Shown here: positions 19,613-30,119 of the stretch, piece by piece
Layout: each line of letters opens with the position of its first letter
How positions within the stretch are numbered: position 1 is the stretch's first letter
Assembly: GCA_965207885.1 (NCBI GenBank)
Contig: OZ242311.1
Span: forward strand, 1,248,001-1,312,000
Length of the DNA stretch: 64,000 nucleotides
Source: Candidatus Latescibacterota bacterium
Lineage (GTDB): Bacteria > Latescibacterota > UBA2968
Reading direction: 5' to 3'
Notes under the pieces: generated by a model
The model's input: only the letters and a program-made list of their open reading frames with translations
Told to the model about the DNA's origin: nothing
Database searches by the model: none
Translations under genes and position numbers: made by a program

Positions 19613-19774
19613 GGATCAAAAACGCGGAATTTTACTTTCATTCCCATATCTGTCATGCTATATTGAGCCGATGCAAATATGAAAAAAATCACGCAAGAGA
19701 ACGGGGAGACGTAGGGACCGAGGGAGATCCTTGCCAATCCCTTGTTCTCTTGCGTTATTATATTGGAGGACGCC

Positions 19775-20572
19775 ATGCTGACACAAGAACAAATCGACTT
19801 CTACCACGAAAACGGATACCTCAAATGCGAAGCGCTATTTACCCCAGAAGAAACCGCCGAACTCGGCTCGGAAATGGTGCGCATCATCGAAAATTGGGGC
19901 AATGAAACCATTGGCTGGCGGGGACCGTGGCGCGACCGATACCTGCCCGAAGACGAACGCCTCAACACCAAAGCCGTCTTCATGCACAATCCCCAATTCT
20001 ACTCCGCAACCTGGGGACGCGCCATCTTTAACGAACGCCTCGTCGGCTGCGTAGAAGACCTGATCCGCGACACAGTACAGTGGCACCACACCGTACTCCA
20101 TGCCAAACCACCAGAACTCGGCACGCCTTTTCCCATGCACCAGGACTATCCCTTTTATCCGCACGACGGCCCCGACTTTGTCGATTGCTTGCTTCACCTG
20201 GACGACACCCCAATAGAAAGCGGGTGCTTGCGCGTGGTACCCGGCAGCCACAAAAAAGGTCCGCTCGTCCACGTCCTGGGTCCAGACACCTCTCCTCATC
20301 TGCCGCCAGACGATTACCACCCCGACAAAATCGACTCCATCCTGATCCCGGCAAAAGCCGGAGACGTCATCTTCTTTAGCTATCAGATCATTCACTGGTC
20401 CGATTGCAACCGCACCAACGAGTGGCGAAAATCCGTTCGCTTCGGCTACCACAGCACCCAGATGCACCCCGTGGGCCGCGCAGAAAACGACCCCTACCGC
20501 ATCGACCCCGACAACATTTTGGAACGCAAAGACAGCACCATTGTGTCCGGCTTTAGAATGAATAACGTATGA
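19775..20572 (+). CDS. Phytanoyl-CoA dioxygenase (PhyH) family protein
   Basis: FYHENGY, HQDYPFY, GCLRVVPGSH and IIHWS.N motifs. Confidence 0.9.
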   Translation: MLTQEQIDFYHENGYLKCEALFTPEETAELGSEMVRIIENWGNETIGWRGPWRDRYLPEDERLNTKAVFMHNPQFYSATWGRAIFNERLVGCVEDLIRDTVQWHHTVLHAKPPELGTPFPMHQDYPFYPHDGPDFVDCLLHLDDTPIESGCLRVVPGSHKKGPLVHVLGPDTSPHLPPDDYHPDKIDSILIPAKAGDVIFFSYQIIHWSDCNRTNEWRKSVRFGYHSTQMHPVGRAENDPYRIDPDNILERKDSTIVSGFRMNNV

Positions 20573-21813
20573 ACAAACCCAACATCATCATCGTACTCGC
20601 CGACGACATGGGCTATGGTGATTCCAGTGCGTACGGGGGCTGGATCCACACGCCCGCAATGGAAAAAATGGCCCGCGAAGGGCTTAAATTCACCGACTTT
20701 CACTCCAGCGGGGCCGTCTGCAGCCCCACGCGCGCCGGACTACTCACCGGACGCTATCAACAGCGCGCAGGCGTGCCCAAAGTGATCGGCGCCAATCCCA
20801 ACAGCGCCGACCACTATGTGGGATTGTACCCCTCTGAAATCACCTTTCCCAAACTACTCAAAAAAGCCGGCTACACCTCCGCCATCTTTGGCAAATGGCA
20901 CCTCGGATACGACAAAAAATTCAATCCCATGCACCACGACTTTGATCGCTTTCGCGGATATGTAAGCGGCAACATCGACTACATCTCGCACTACGACCGC
21001 ATGGAAGTGTACGACTGGTGGGAGGGCCTCGAACACATCGAAGAAGAAGGCTATACCACACACCTCATCACCCAGCATTCGGTGCAATTCATCAAAGACC
21101 ACAAAGACACGCCCTTTTGCCTCTATGTTGCACACGAAGCCGTACACACCCCATTGCAGGGACCTGACGACCCCGCCATTCGCGGTCCTGAAAAAGCGGA
21201 CTTTCATCCCGACGACCCCCGAGAAACCTATTGCCAGATGATGAAAGCCATGGACGACAGCCTGGCCGAAATCATGGGCACAGTCCGAGAACTCGGCATT
21301 GAGGAAAACACCCTCGTCTTCTTTTTTTCCGACAACGGCGGCACCCGTCAAAACCCCGAATCCAACGCTCCGTTGCGCGGGAACAAAGGCACCGTATGGG
21401 AAGGCGGCCACCGCGTCCCCGCCATTGCATGGTGGCCCGGAACAATTGCCCCCAACAGCGTCACCGACCAACTCGCCATCAGCATCGACCTCTTTCCCAC
21501 CATGTGCGACCTCGCAGGGGCACCTGCACCCGACAACCACTTTGACGGCATCAGCCTCAAATCCACCCTCCTGGGCGAGGGCGAACCCGGTGTCCGACAA
21601 TTATTCTGGAACGGCCTTGCCATGCGCGACGACAAGTACAAGCTCGTAATCGACAAAGGCACGCCACATCTCTTCGACCTATCTCAGGACATATCGGAAA
21701 GCAACGACCTCGCATCGCAACAACCCGACCGCGTTCGGCAAATGTGCGATGCAATCGATGCTTGGAAACGCGACGTAGCCGATGGTGCAACACCTCAAAA
21801 AGACACGTTCTGA
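20569..21813 (+). CDS. Arylsulfatase-like S1 sulfatase
   Basis: PNIIIVLADDMG, CSPTRAGLLTG (formylglycine motif), GKWHLG, SDNGG and KGTVWEGGHRVP. Confidence 0.93.
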   Translation: MNKPNIIIVLADDMGYGDSSAYGGWIHTPAMEKMAREGLKFTDFHSSGAVCSPTRAGLLTGRYQQRAGVPKVIGANPNSADHYVGLYPSEITFPKLLKKAGYTSAIFGKWHLGYDKKFNPMHHDFDRFRGYVSGNIDYISHYDRMEVYDWWEGLEHIEEEGYTTHLITQHSVQFIKDHKDTPFCLYVAHEAVHTPLQGPDDPAIRGPEKADFHPDDPRETYCQMMKAMDDSLAEIMGTVRELGIEENTLVFFFSDNGGTRQNPESNAPLRGNKGTVWEGGHRVPAIAWWPGTIAPNSVTDQLAISIDLFPTMCDLAGAPAPDNHFDGISLKSTLLGEGEPGVRQLFWNGLAMRDDKYKLVIDKGTPHLFDLSQDISESNDLASQQPDRVRQMCDAIDAWKRDVADGATPQKDTF

Positions 21814-21825
21814 TAGAGGAGATTT

Positions 21826-23367
21826 ATGCTTGGACTACACCTGCTGGACTTTGCCACGCTCGCCATTTATTTAATCGGCATCATGATTGCCGGCCTATGG
21901 GTCGCCCGCAAAATCAAAAATACGGGCGACTATTTTATGGGTGGGCGCAGCTTTGGCAAAACATTTATGATCATGCACGCCTTTGGCACCGGCACCCACA
22001 CCGACCAGGCCGTAACCGTAGCAGGTGCCTCCTACAAATTGGGCATGGCGGGGATATGGTATCAATGGCTCTACTTATTCGCCACCCCCTTCTACTGGCT
22101 CATCGCGCCAATATGGCGAAGGCTGCGCTACCTCACCATAGCGGACTTCTTTGAAGATCGATTCAGCAACTCGCTCGGTTATTTCTACGCCCTCTATGGC
22201 CTGCTCTACTTTGCCATACAAATAGGCATCATGCTCCTGGGCACCGGCAAAACAGCCAGTGCCATGACCGGCGGCGCGATCTCTCCTGAAATCGCCATCG
22301 GTGTGATGACCGTCCTCTTCCTCTCCTACGGTCTATTAGGCGGCCTGCCCGCAGCCATCATCACCGACTTTATACAGGGCATCTTCATCATCGTCCTCTC
22401 TTTTCTCCTCGTCCCCTTTGTCATCGACGGCGTCGGCGGCTTCACCGGCCTTCACCAGCAAGTACCCATTGAAAAATTCAGCCTCGAAGCCCCCGGCGAT
22501 CCCCCGGCCGGATACGACCGCATCACCCCCTTCTTCATCGTCATGGTCGTCATCAACGCCCTCGTCGGCATCATTGCCCAACCCCACCACATGGAAATTG
22601 GCGGTGCGGGCAAAACCGAACGCGAAGCCCGCGTGGGATTCACCTACGGCAACATGATCAAACGCCTCTGCACCGTAGCCTGGGCATTTACCGGCGTAGC
22701 CTGCATCGCCCTTTATCCCAACATCCACGATCCCGAACATGCTTTTGGGCTCGCCTCGCGCGACCTCTTGCCCATCGGCCTCGTCGGCATCATGCTCGCC
22801 TCAATGATCGCCGCGGTCATGTCCACCTGCGATTCATTCATGGTCGATGGCGCCGCTCTCTTTGTCGAAAACTTTTACAAACCCCTCTTCAAGCCCGAAG
22901 CCGACGACAAACACTACCTCACCACAGGTCGTATCGTCGCCCTCATACTCGTCATATTCGGCATAATCATCGCGCTCTACTTCACCTCTGTCGTCGCAAT
23001 CATTCGCCTCTCCTGGTCGCTCGTAGCATTCTTTGGGATCGCATTCTGGGGAGGAATTCTCTGGCGCAGATGCAATGCGCCCGGCGCCTGGGCGGGCCTG
23101 ATCGTCTCGGCATTCTTATTCGCCATATCCGGTCAAACAATCATCAATTTGGAAAGCCTGGGCATCTACATTGGCGGCCTCGACTGGGAATTGCCCTATC
23201 GCTACGTACTCTACATCGTCGGCGGTTTTGCCGCACTCATCATCGTCAGCAAACTCACCAAACCGCAAGACAAAGAGCGACTCGACCGCTTTTACACTTT
23301 GCTCCACACGCCCGTTGGACAGGAGCACAAATTGCGCGAAGCCGGCATAAAAGTCGTTATGGAGTAG
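21826..23367 (+). CDS. Sodium:solute symporter (SSS) family transporter
   Basis: YFMGGRS, GGLPAAIITDFIQG and AAVMSTCDS motifs; about 13 TM segments. Confidence 0.92.
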   Translation: MLGLHLLDFATLAIYLIGIMIAGLWVARKIKNTGDYFMGGRSFGKTFMIMHAFGTGTHTDQAVTVAGASYKLGMAGIWYQWLYLFATPFYWLIAPIWRRLRYLTIADFFEDRFSNSLGYFYALYGLLYFAIQIGIMLLGTGKTASAMTGGAISPEIAIGVMTVLFLSYGLLGGLPAAIITDFIQGIFIIVLSFLLVPFVIDGVGGFTGLHQQVPIEKFSLEAPGDPPAGYDRITPFFIVMVVINALVGIIAQPHHMEIGGAGKTEREARVGFTYGNMIKRLCTVAWAFTGVACIALYPNIHDPEHAFGLASRDLLPIGLVGIMLASMIAAVMSTCDSFMVDGAALFVENFYKPLFKPEADDKHYLTTGRIVALILVIFGIIIALYFTSVVAIIRLSWSLVAFFGIAFWGGILWRRCNAPGAWAGLIVSAFLFAISGQTIINLESLGIYIGGLDWELPYRYVLYIVGGFAALIIVSKLTKPQDKERLDRFYTLLHTPVGQEHKLREAGIKVVME

Positions 23368-23380
23368 GAAGGAAATTGTC

Positions 23381-24916
23381 ATGCGCCTCATAGCCATATT
23401 GCTTATCATCGCACTCTACACGAGTTTGGGATCTGCGGACCCTGCGCTACATCTAAAAATTGACCGCGGCGAGACGCAACCCCTCCCCAAAAGCCTCTAT
23501 GGCTTCAACACGAACATGATGAGCGGTGACTACGGCTATCTCGACTCCAGCTTCGTCGCGCTCACAAAAGACCTGCAACCCCAGACACTGCGTTTTCCCG
23601 GAGGCACAATCGGCAATTTTTACCACTGGAAAATAGCTGGATTTATCCAGAGTGAAATGAGTTCAACCGGCAGCGAGCAACTCAACAGACGAAACAGAGG
23701 CAATTTTGTCAGACTGAGAAAAAGGAGAAACGGGAGACTTGCATTTGACGACTTCATGCAAATGTGCAACGCGCTAAAAATAACGCCCATCGTAGTCGTC
23801 AACATGTGGACGGGAACCGCGGAAGAAAGTGCCGGGTGGGTCCAATACGCAAAAAACAGGGGATACGAGATCGCGTATTGGGAACTCGGCAATGAGCATT
23901 ATCTGCCGTGGTACGCGGAAAAATACCCCTCTGCGGAAACCTATATCGCACAGGCCAAAAAACATGCACAGGCGATGAAAGCCGTTGACCCAACCATAAA
24001 AGTCTCGGTCTGTGCAAGCCCGGTAGCCTTCCACAAAAACGGCTTTGAAAAAAACGTGGACCAACGCAAATGGGACAGTGCATTGGCGGCCGCGGATCAA
24101 TTTTACGACGCCTATACCGTTCACGTCTATGCGTATCGAACCGCTCGAAAAAAAGAGATTGAGGAATATCGGGGCTATCTCTTTGGTTGGATCCACTGCG
24201 ACTTCGACGACGCCATGGCCTATTATGAAAAATTGTTCCCCAACGTGGAAATGTGGATAACAGAGTGGAATATCGCCAACCCCGCAAACCGGGTCGCCAA
24301 CACACAACTGCACGCTATGTACACGGGCGACTTCTTCTTAAAAATGCTCACCCAACCGCGCATTACCCATGCAAATTTTCACGTCATTGCCGGTCCCGGC
24401 AAAGGATTCCCCGCATTCTCTCCGATCGCACCCCCATCGCCGAGAACCAATTGGAAATACGGGGGTGAACCAGAAGCGGACTTTGGAAAAACAATTCGGC
24501 GCGCGACCTACTACCCCCTTCAGTTAATAGGAGAAGCATTCGCGGAATCGGACACAAAATTCTCCCTCGCCATCCAAAATCCACCCATCCTCAATGGACA
24601 ACTCGAATACGAGGGAAAACAAATACCGGGCATTCAAGCACAGGCAGTCGGAAATGCCGCGCACCTTTTTGTACTCATCAGCAACCGCACAGCAGACGAC
24701 CTATCGCCGGGCCTCACCATCGACGGCAAAAAATACGAAGGTACGCTCACATATCGCTATGTAGCCCATGAAAGACTCAACGCATCAAATGGCGGAAATG
24801 CGGAAATGGAAGGCGCGGGCAAAATAGAAGTCGCGATCCGCGAATGGTCTGGTGCTTGCAATAATCTCTTGATTCCCAAAAACAGTTTTGGCATTTTAGT
24901 GTTATCGCTCAACTAA
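23381..24916 (+). CDS. Secreted clan GH-A glycoside hydrolase (GH51/GH79-like)
   Basis: Signal peptide; LYGFN, LRFPGG, YWELGNE (acid/base) and WITEWN (nucleophile). Confidence 0.78.
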   Translation: MRLIAILLIIALYTSLGSADPALHLKIDRGETQPLPKSLYGFNTNMMSGDYGYLDSSFVALTKDLQPQTLRFPGGTIGNFYHWKIAGFIQSEMSSTGSEQLNRRNRGNFVRLRKRRNGRLAFDDFMQMCNALKITPIVVVNMWTGTAEESAGWVQYAKNRGYEIAYWELGNEHYLPWYAEKYPSAETYIAQAKKHAQAMKAVDPTIKVSVCASPVAFHKNGFEKNVDQRKWDSALAAADQFYDAYTVHVYAYRTARKKEIEEYRGYLFGWIHCDFDDAMAYYEKLFPNVEMWITEWNIANPANRVANTQLHAMYTGDFFLKMLTQPRITHANFHVIAGPGKGFPAFSPIAPPSPRTNWKYGGEPEADFGKTIRRATYYPLQLIGEAFAESDTKFSLAIQNPPILNGQLEYEGKQIPGIQAQAVGNAAHLFVLISNRTADDLSPGLTIDGKKYEGTLTYRYVAHERLNASNGGNAEMEGAGKIEVAIREWSGACNNLLIPKNSFGILVLSLN

Positions 24917-24932
24917 TTCCGAGGAGGCTATC

Positions 24933-25052
24933 GTGTTTGGCCTTGAAATTCGCAAACCATCCAGAGAAACAGTCATAGGATTCATCGTCACCTGGATCTG
25001 TGTAATCGGCATCATCTTTCTCACACTTGCCCTCGTCCGCATCGGTGCGTAA
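24933..25052 (+). CDS. Small single-TM protein (39 aa)
   Basis: Below the ORF-track cutoff. Strong GAGGAGG RBS and GTG start; MFGLEIRKPSRETVIGFIVTWICVIGIIFLTLALVRIGA. Confidence 0.7.
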   Translation: MFGLEIRKPSRETVIGFIVTWICVIGIIFLTLALVRIGA

Positions 25053-25064
25053 AGGACTTATTCC

Positions 25065-25544
25065 ATGATCAGAAAATACCGCCCTGAAGACCTCAACGCC
25101 CTCAAAGAAATCACCGTTATCTGTTTTGATGGGGTATCAATCGACCAGAACATCGAAAAAAACTTCGGTCAATTTGCCGACACAGATTGGAAAGCACGCA
25201 AAGCCAAACACATAGACGCGGACGTCGCAGCCAATGCCGATGGCATCTTCGTTTGGGAAGACAACGGCAAAGTCGCGGCCTACATCACCACGCGCATCGA
25301 CCATGAAAGCAAAATAGGCGGCATACCCAACCTCGCCGTCTTGCCCGAATACCAGGGCAAAGGAATCGGCAAAGCATTGATGACAGCCGCCTTTGACTAT
25401 TTTGAAGAACAGGGCATGGCCGTGGCAAAAATCGAAACCCTCGACCAGAACCCCGTTGGACAGAACTTTTATCCGCGCTCGGGCTTTACCGCAGTCGCCC
25501 AACAAATCCACTACGCAATGCCAATGAAAGACCGCAAAGTGTAG
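25065..25544 (+). CDS. GNAT-family N-acetyltransferase
   Basis: LAVLPEYQGKGIGKALM acetyl-CoA motif; N..GQNFY..GF. Confidence 0.9.
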   Translation: MIRKYRPEDLNALKEITVICFDGVSIDQNIEKNFGQFADTDWKARKAKHIDADVAANADGIFVWEDNGKVAAYITTRIDHESKIGGIPNLAVLPEYQGKGIGKALMTAAFDYFEEQGMAVAKIETLDQNPVGQNFYPRSGFTAVAQQIHYAMPMKDRKV

Positions 25545-25548
25545 CTCT

Positions 25549-26337
25549 TTACTCATCCCTCCACACCGTTGGAAAGTGTTCCCCCCGCAAAATCGCGCCA
25601 TCTTCCACAGTTACAAATTCCTTCATCACGTGATTGCCACTCGCATCGTAATACGTATCCTGCGTCATATAGTGAATCGCAATCGCGCGCCGAGGTCGCT
25701 TGCTGCGATTATCGTGCGAACCGTGCCAGGTCAGAGCGTGGTGATAATGCACCTCGCCCTTTTTCACCGGTCGGCGCACCACCGATATGGACTGGCCTTC
25801 AAACTCCGACGGCATCGCGTCAAAATCCTTTACTTCCCGCACAAACGCAATCTGATTGCCCCATTTGTGCGAACCCGGCACCATACTCATACACCCATTT
25901 TCCACATCCACATCGTCCAATGCCACCCACGCGCTCACCTCTGTCATCGGTCGAATAATCGGCCACAGCGGCGCGTCCTGATGCCAACCGGTCGTCCCCC
26001 CAATTTCAGCGGGCTTGTACTGAATCTGATCGTGCCAGATACGCAACTCCGTCGCTCCGGTCAACTGCGCCATTTCTTCCACAATCTTCTCTGAATACAT
26101 CAAATTCTTAAAAGGCTCACTCGCCTCCCAGATATTCACAATCTGCCAGACCGGCGCCGAATCATTACCGCCCAAATTGCGCAACAAAACCGGCTGCGAC
26201 ACATCATCGCGATCTTTATTCTCAATCACCCGGTACAACTCCTCGCGCAACACCTCGACCTGCGCGTCCTCCAGCACCGGCCCCCCATTCAAAAACCCAT
26301 TCTCGTGAAACTCCGCCACTTGCTCTTCTGTTAGCAT
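25549..26337 (-). CDS. Phytanoyl-CoA dioxygenase (PhyH) family protein
   Basis: FHENGF, WHQD, NGCMSMVPGSH and HGSHDNRSKRPRR motifs. Confidence 0.9.
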   Translation of the reverse strand: MLTEEQVAEFHENGFLNGGPVLEDAQVEVLREELYRVIENKDRDDVSQPVLLRNLGGNDSAPVWQIVNIWEASEPFKNLMYSEKIVEEMAQLTGATELRIWHDQIQYKPAEIGGTTGWHQDAPLWPIIRPMTEVSAWVALDDVDVENGCMSMVPGSHKWGNQIAFVREVKDFDAMPSEFEGQSISVVRRPVKKGEVHYHHALTWHGSHDNRSKRPRRAIAIHYMTQDTYYDASGNHVMKEFVTVEDGAILRGEHFPTVWRDE

Positions 26338-26357
26338 GTCTCATCTCCTATCCCACA

Positions 26358-27590
26358 TCAAACCAAATTCCCCTCTGCCCGGCTTTTTCTTCCCACAACA
26401 GTAATAGCCCTATCCATCCCTACACACAAATTACCGCTAATCAAATTATAGTCGCTCTCGCCACTCTCCTCAATACCCTTCAACTGCGTCGGCCTCTCCT
26501 GATCATCCGCACACCTATTGCCCTGCACAATCGAATGCGTCAAATCCTGCACGCGGATACCGGGATATTTCCCCTTTTCCGCCCGAGAATTGCTCAGCAA
26601 CAAATTCCCCGTAATCACCTGCTCATCCCCTCTATTGGCATCTATCCCACACATCCCATTGTACGAACACACATTATTACTCACAATATTGTGGTGATCC
26701 CCGCCATTTGCCACACCGCCAATCCCGTGTTGCCCATTTTCGGAAAACACACTATCGCTACACACCGAATGGTGCACCCGCGCGCAAAAATAATACCCAT
26801 CGCCCCCATTTCCCTTCCCGATATTGTGCGACCACACACTGCGCGCCAACCCCGTTCCGGGATGAAACCCATGCCCGCGACACCCGTGTGCCTGACAATG
26901 CGCCACCTGGGCATCGCAACCGCGCTGAATCCCAAACCCATCGCTGGGCCACCCAAACACCGAACAATTCAGAATCCGCACGCGCTCACACCCCACAATA
27001 TGCACCGCAGAATACGTAAAATCCCACCAATCACCCGCGTAATCTTCGGGTCCCTTAATCGTCAAATCCCGTATCTCAACATCCGTCTCGTTCTCTGCCC
27101 ATATACAGGGAAACAGATTCACCACCCGGGCATTGTCGCGCACTAACAATCGCCGATTAAACGGCACACTCATCCACACGCGATTGCCCACAACCCGCTC
27201 AACCTCTCCATGCGTACCCCACCATCCCCTGTGCTTATCGTCACAAACCCCAATCCCCTCACCCACGCGAAAAGGCGGCCTGGTCTTACAGTTCAACACC
27301 CGCCTACCTTTGCGAATATCCTTTGCCAGATAAGCCACCTGCAAAGGCCGAATCTTTAACACCGTCGCTGGCCCATCGCCGACCAGACTCACCCGACTCG
27401 GCACGTACAGCGTCTTGCGCAAAAGATACGTACCCGCTGGAATACGCACCCTGCCACCGCTCTCTGGCAAAGATGCAACCGCATCCTCCAGACCACAGGT
27501 CATCGACTCCCGATCAAAAAAATCCGCAGCATTCACCTCATCTCGCGGCGCATCGGGCAACGGAATCTCTCTCGCTGGCATAGCAGGCAT
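26358..27590 (-). CDS. Right-handed parallel beta-helix (pectate-lyase-fold) protein
   Basis: GGRVRIPAGTY..VSLVGDG; repeated N/G-rich ladders (SHNIGKGN, SNNVCSYN, TGNLLLSN). Confidence 0.8.
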   Translation of the reverse strand: MPAMPAREIPLPDAPRDEVNAADFFDRESMTCGLEDAVASLPESGGRVRIPAGTYLLRKTLYVPSRVSLVGDGPATVLKIRPLQVAYLAKDIRKGRRVLNCKTRPPFRVGEGIGVCDDKHRGWWGTHGEVERVVGNRVWMSVPFNRRLLVRDNARVVNLFPCIWAENETDVEIRDLTIKGPEDYAGDWWDFTYSAVHIVGCERVRILNCSVFGWPSDGFGIQRGCDAQVAHCQAHGCRGHGFHPGTGLARSVWSHNIGKGNGGDGYYFCARVHHSVCSDSVFSENGQHGIGGVANGGDHHNIVSNNVCSYNGMCGIDANRGDEQVITGNLLLSNSRAEKGKYPGIRVQDLTHSIVQGNRCADDQERPTQLKGIEESGESDYNLISGNLCVGMDRAITVVGRKSRAEGNLV

Positions 27591-27610
27591 AACATCCTCC
27601 TCCTGATTTT

Positions 27611-28330
27611 TTAAGCACTCTCCAAAAACACCGTCACCCCCATATCGGCGTATTTCTCGCGCGTATCCGGCGTGCGGTTGCGATGACAAACTGCCACGCC
27701 AGTCCCTTCCAAAGACCTGCACAAATACGCGATCGTATCATCCACAGACTTCAACCAGTGTTGCGGATGTGCCTTAATGCTCATAGACAAATCCGTCGGA
27801 CCCATCGACAGACAATCCACACCCGCCTTCGCGAGCAAATGCCCGCGCGTTGCGGCCTCTACCGACTCAATTTGCAACCACAAAATCCCAAAGCTATTCC
27901 ACCAATCGGCGTACTCCTCCGTAGTTTTATCTTCCGTGCCTCGCCGATGTCTCCCGCCAAAACTGCGCCCACCAGCTGGCGGATAATAAAAATAGTGCAA
28001 CGCATCATCAACCGTCTCTTCCAACTCAGTCTGCGGAATCTCGATCCCACACGGACCCAAATCGAGATAATTGCCAATCAAATAGGCATTGCGCGTGTGT
28101 TTGATCCGAAACTGCACGAACACATCGCGCTCGGCAGCCATATCGCAAAACGCCGCAATGCGCTCTTCGCTCAACGGCGTATGCTGGCTATCAATAGACA
28201 CAAAATCGTAATCATCTTTATCCATAATCTGATCGAACCGATCCGGCGGCGTATTCGGCGCCATAGACACGCCAATAATGCGTTCGCCATTGCGATATTT
28301 TTGTTTTAGTCCAATTGCGTTTTCAAACAT
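27611..28330 (-). CDS. HpcH/HpaI aldolase/citrate lyase family protein
   Basis: FVSIDSQH, LDLG..GIEIP, YPPAGGRS, QIESVEA and MGPTDL motifs. Confidence 0.85.
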   Translation of the reverse strand: MFENAIGLKQKYRNGERIIGVSMAPNTPPDRFDQIMDKDDYDFVSIDSQHTPLSEERIAAFCDMAAERDVFVQFRIKHTRNAYLIGNYLDLGPCGIEIPQTELEETVDDALHYFYYPPAGGRSFGGRHRRGTEDKTTEEYADWWNSFGILWLQIESVEAATRGHLLAKAGVDCLSMGPTDLSMSIKAHPQHWLKSVDDTIAYLCRSLEGTGVAVCHRNRTPDTREKYADMGVTVFLESA

Positions 28331-28340
28331 ACTGTCTCCT

Positions 28341-29594
28341 TTAACTGTGGTTACTTCTCTCCCATTCTCGAAGTTTATCTGCATTCTCGCGCACCTTCAC
28401 AAATGCGCGCGACATATCCCGCATCCGCGTTTCAGAAGTCAGCAAAGCCCTCTGGCTTATCGACAAACGTTCCTTGCAATACTGCTCGACCTTTGGCAAG
28501 TGCAACGAGCGATAATCCTGTGCCGCATCTGTCCACGCAAAAGGCGTGTAATCACGCGCTTTCCAATCCGTTTGAAAAACCGGATGTTTGTAAACTGGCG
28601 TCTCGTATCCCGTACTCACCGGCACCCCTTCAGCGCGCATCGCCCTGACAAATGCATCGCGAGAAACGCCCTCAAACGCCTCGGATAAATACCGCGCACC
28701 ATACACATGCCAGTTGACGCGGGTCGCATCTTCCAATCGGTGAATCGGATCAATACCCTCGACCTCCGACAACGTGCGCGTCAACATCGCCCCATTTTGT
28801 TCACGGATCTCCGTATGCTCGGGAATGCGCTTCAACTGGCACAATAAAACCGCAGCGACAAATTCCGTCATCCGATGATTGCCGCCCCATTGTCGAGATT
28901 CCTCCGTACGACCATACCGCGACCGCCCGACATTGACCGCACAGCCAATCGCATCGGCAATTGCTTCGTCATTGGTCAGGGCAATACCCCCATCTCCGCC
29001 CGTCATATTTTTGCTCTGCTGAAAAGAAAACCCCGAAGCCAGTCCCCAGCTACCCAGTCCACGATCCCTATAGGCCGATCCCCACCCGTGCGCCGCATCT
29101 TCTAAAATCGCGAGATTGTGTCGCTCGGCAATATCCAGCAACCGCTGGAGATCACACGCCAACCCGCCAAAATGCACCGGCATAATCCCCTTCGTACGAT
29201 CTGTAATAAGACTCTCGACCTCCGCCACATCGAGATTATTGGTATCCGGGTCTATATCGCAAAAAACAACCGTAGCACCGGCTTTTAGAATCCCCGAACA
29301 CGTACCGATAAATGTATAGGCACTCGTAATCACCTCATCGCCTACACCAATACCCGCCCCGCGGCAAATCATTTCCAGAGCCACAGTGCCACCAGTACAC
29401 GCGATCCCGTATTTCGCATCTTGAAATGCCGCAAATGTCTCTTCAAACTCCTGGCACTTCGAGGAATTGTACCACGCCCGACTCTCCAGCACCTCGATAA
29501 GAGCATCTCTTTCGGCCGCATCGTACATCGGCCATAAAATATCATCCTTCTCTTTAACCTCACGCTCGCCACCCAACAGCGCTAACTCTGCCAT
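28341..29594 (-). CDS. DegT/DnrJ/EryC1/StrS PLP aminotransferase
   Basis: GDEVI..YTF, MPVHFGG, EDAAHG, FSFQQSKNMTGGDGG and NHRMTE motifs. Confidence 0.9.
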   Translation of the reverse strand: MAELALLGGEREVKEKDDILWPMYDAAERDALIEVLESRAWYNSSKCQEFEETFAAFQDAKYGIACTGGTVALEMICRGAGIGVGDEVITSAYTFIGTCSGILKAGATVVFCDIDPDTNNLDVAEVESLITDRTKGIMPVHFGGLACDLQRLLDIAERHNLAILEDAAHGWGSAYRDRGLGSWGLASGFSFQQSKNMTGGDGGIALTNDEAIADAIGCAVNVGRSRYGRTEESRQWGGNHRMTEFVAAVLLCQLKRIPEHTEIREQNGAMLTRTLSEVEGIDPIHRLEDATRVNWHVYGARYLSEAFEGVSRDAFVRAMRAEGVPVSTGYETPVYKHPVFQTDWKARDYTPFAWTDAAQDYRSLHLPKVEQYCKERLSISQRALLTSETRMRDMSRAFVKVRENADKLREWERSNHS

Positions 29595-29608
29595 ATTTCC
29601 CTCCTTGA

Positions 29609-30097
29609 TCAATCCCTCTGCAAACATTCGACCAGCAGGTCCAATGCTTCGCGGGCGAACACTTCCATATTCTCTCCCCGGTTCTCGCTGCCCGTTGCGA
29701 TCGCAATCGCCTGCTCGGCATCTGGTCCCACAACGCCGATACACGTATGACCGGGCGGATCGCCATACCGATTTCCCGTCGGACCAGCCGCGCCCGTCTC
29801 GCCGATACCCCAGTCCGCCCCCAAACGTTCGCGCGCAGCGCGAGCCAGATGCAGGGCATGCGTTTTTGTCGCAGCCCTCGCCTCGCCCATTGCCGCATCG
29901 GAAACAGCCATCAATATTTGCTTTGAGTCACCCGTATAACACACCCCACCGCCCTTGAAATAAGCCGAAGCCCCCGGCACAGCCAAAAGCGCTGCAGAAA
30001 TAATTCCCCCCGACGACGACTCGGCCACCGCCACGGTCTGCCCCTTGTCTTTTAGCAATGCACCCACATCTGTGGCCATTGTCTTAAAATCCGCCAT
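29609..30097 (-). CDS. CinA/PncC-family protein (stand-alone domain)
   Basis: VAVAESSSGG, PGASAYF and ETGAAGPTG motifs. Confidence 0.85.
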   Translation of the reverse strand: MADFKTMATDVGALLKDKGQTVAVAESSSGGIISAALLAVPGASAYFKGGGVCYTGDSKQILMAVSDAAMGEARAATKTHALHLARAARERLGADWGIGETGAAGPTGNRYGDPPGHTCIGVVGPDAEQAIAIATGSENRGENMEVFAREALDLLVECLQRD

Positions 30098-30119
30098 ATT
30101 AACCTCTACATTTTTTAGA

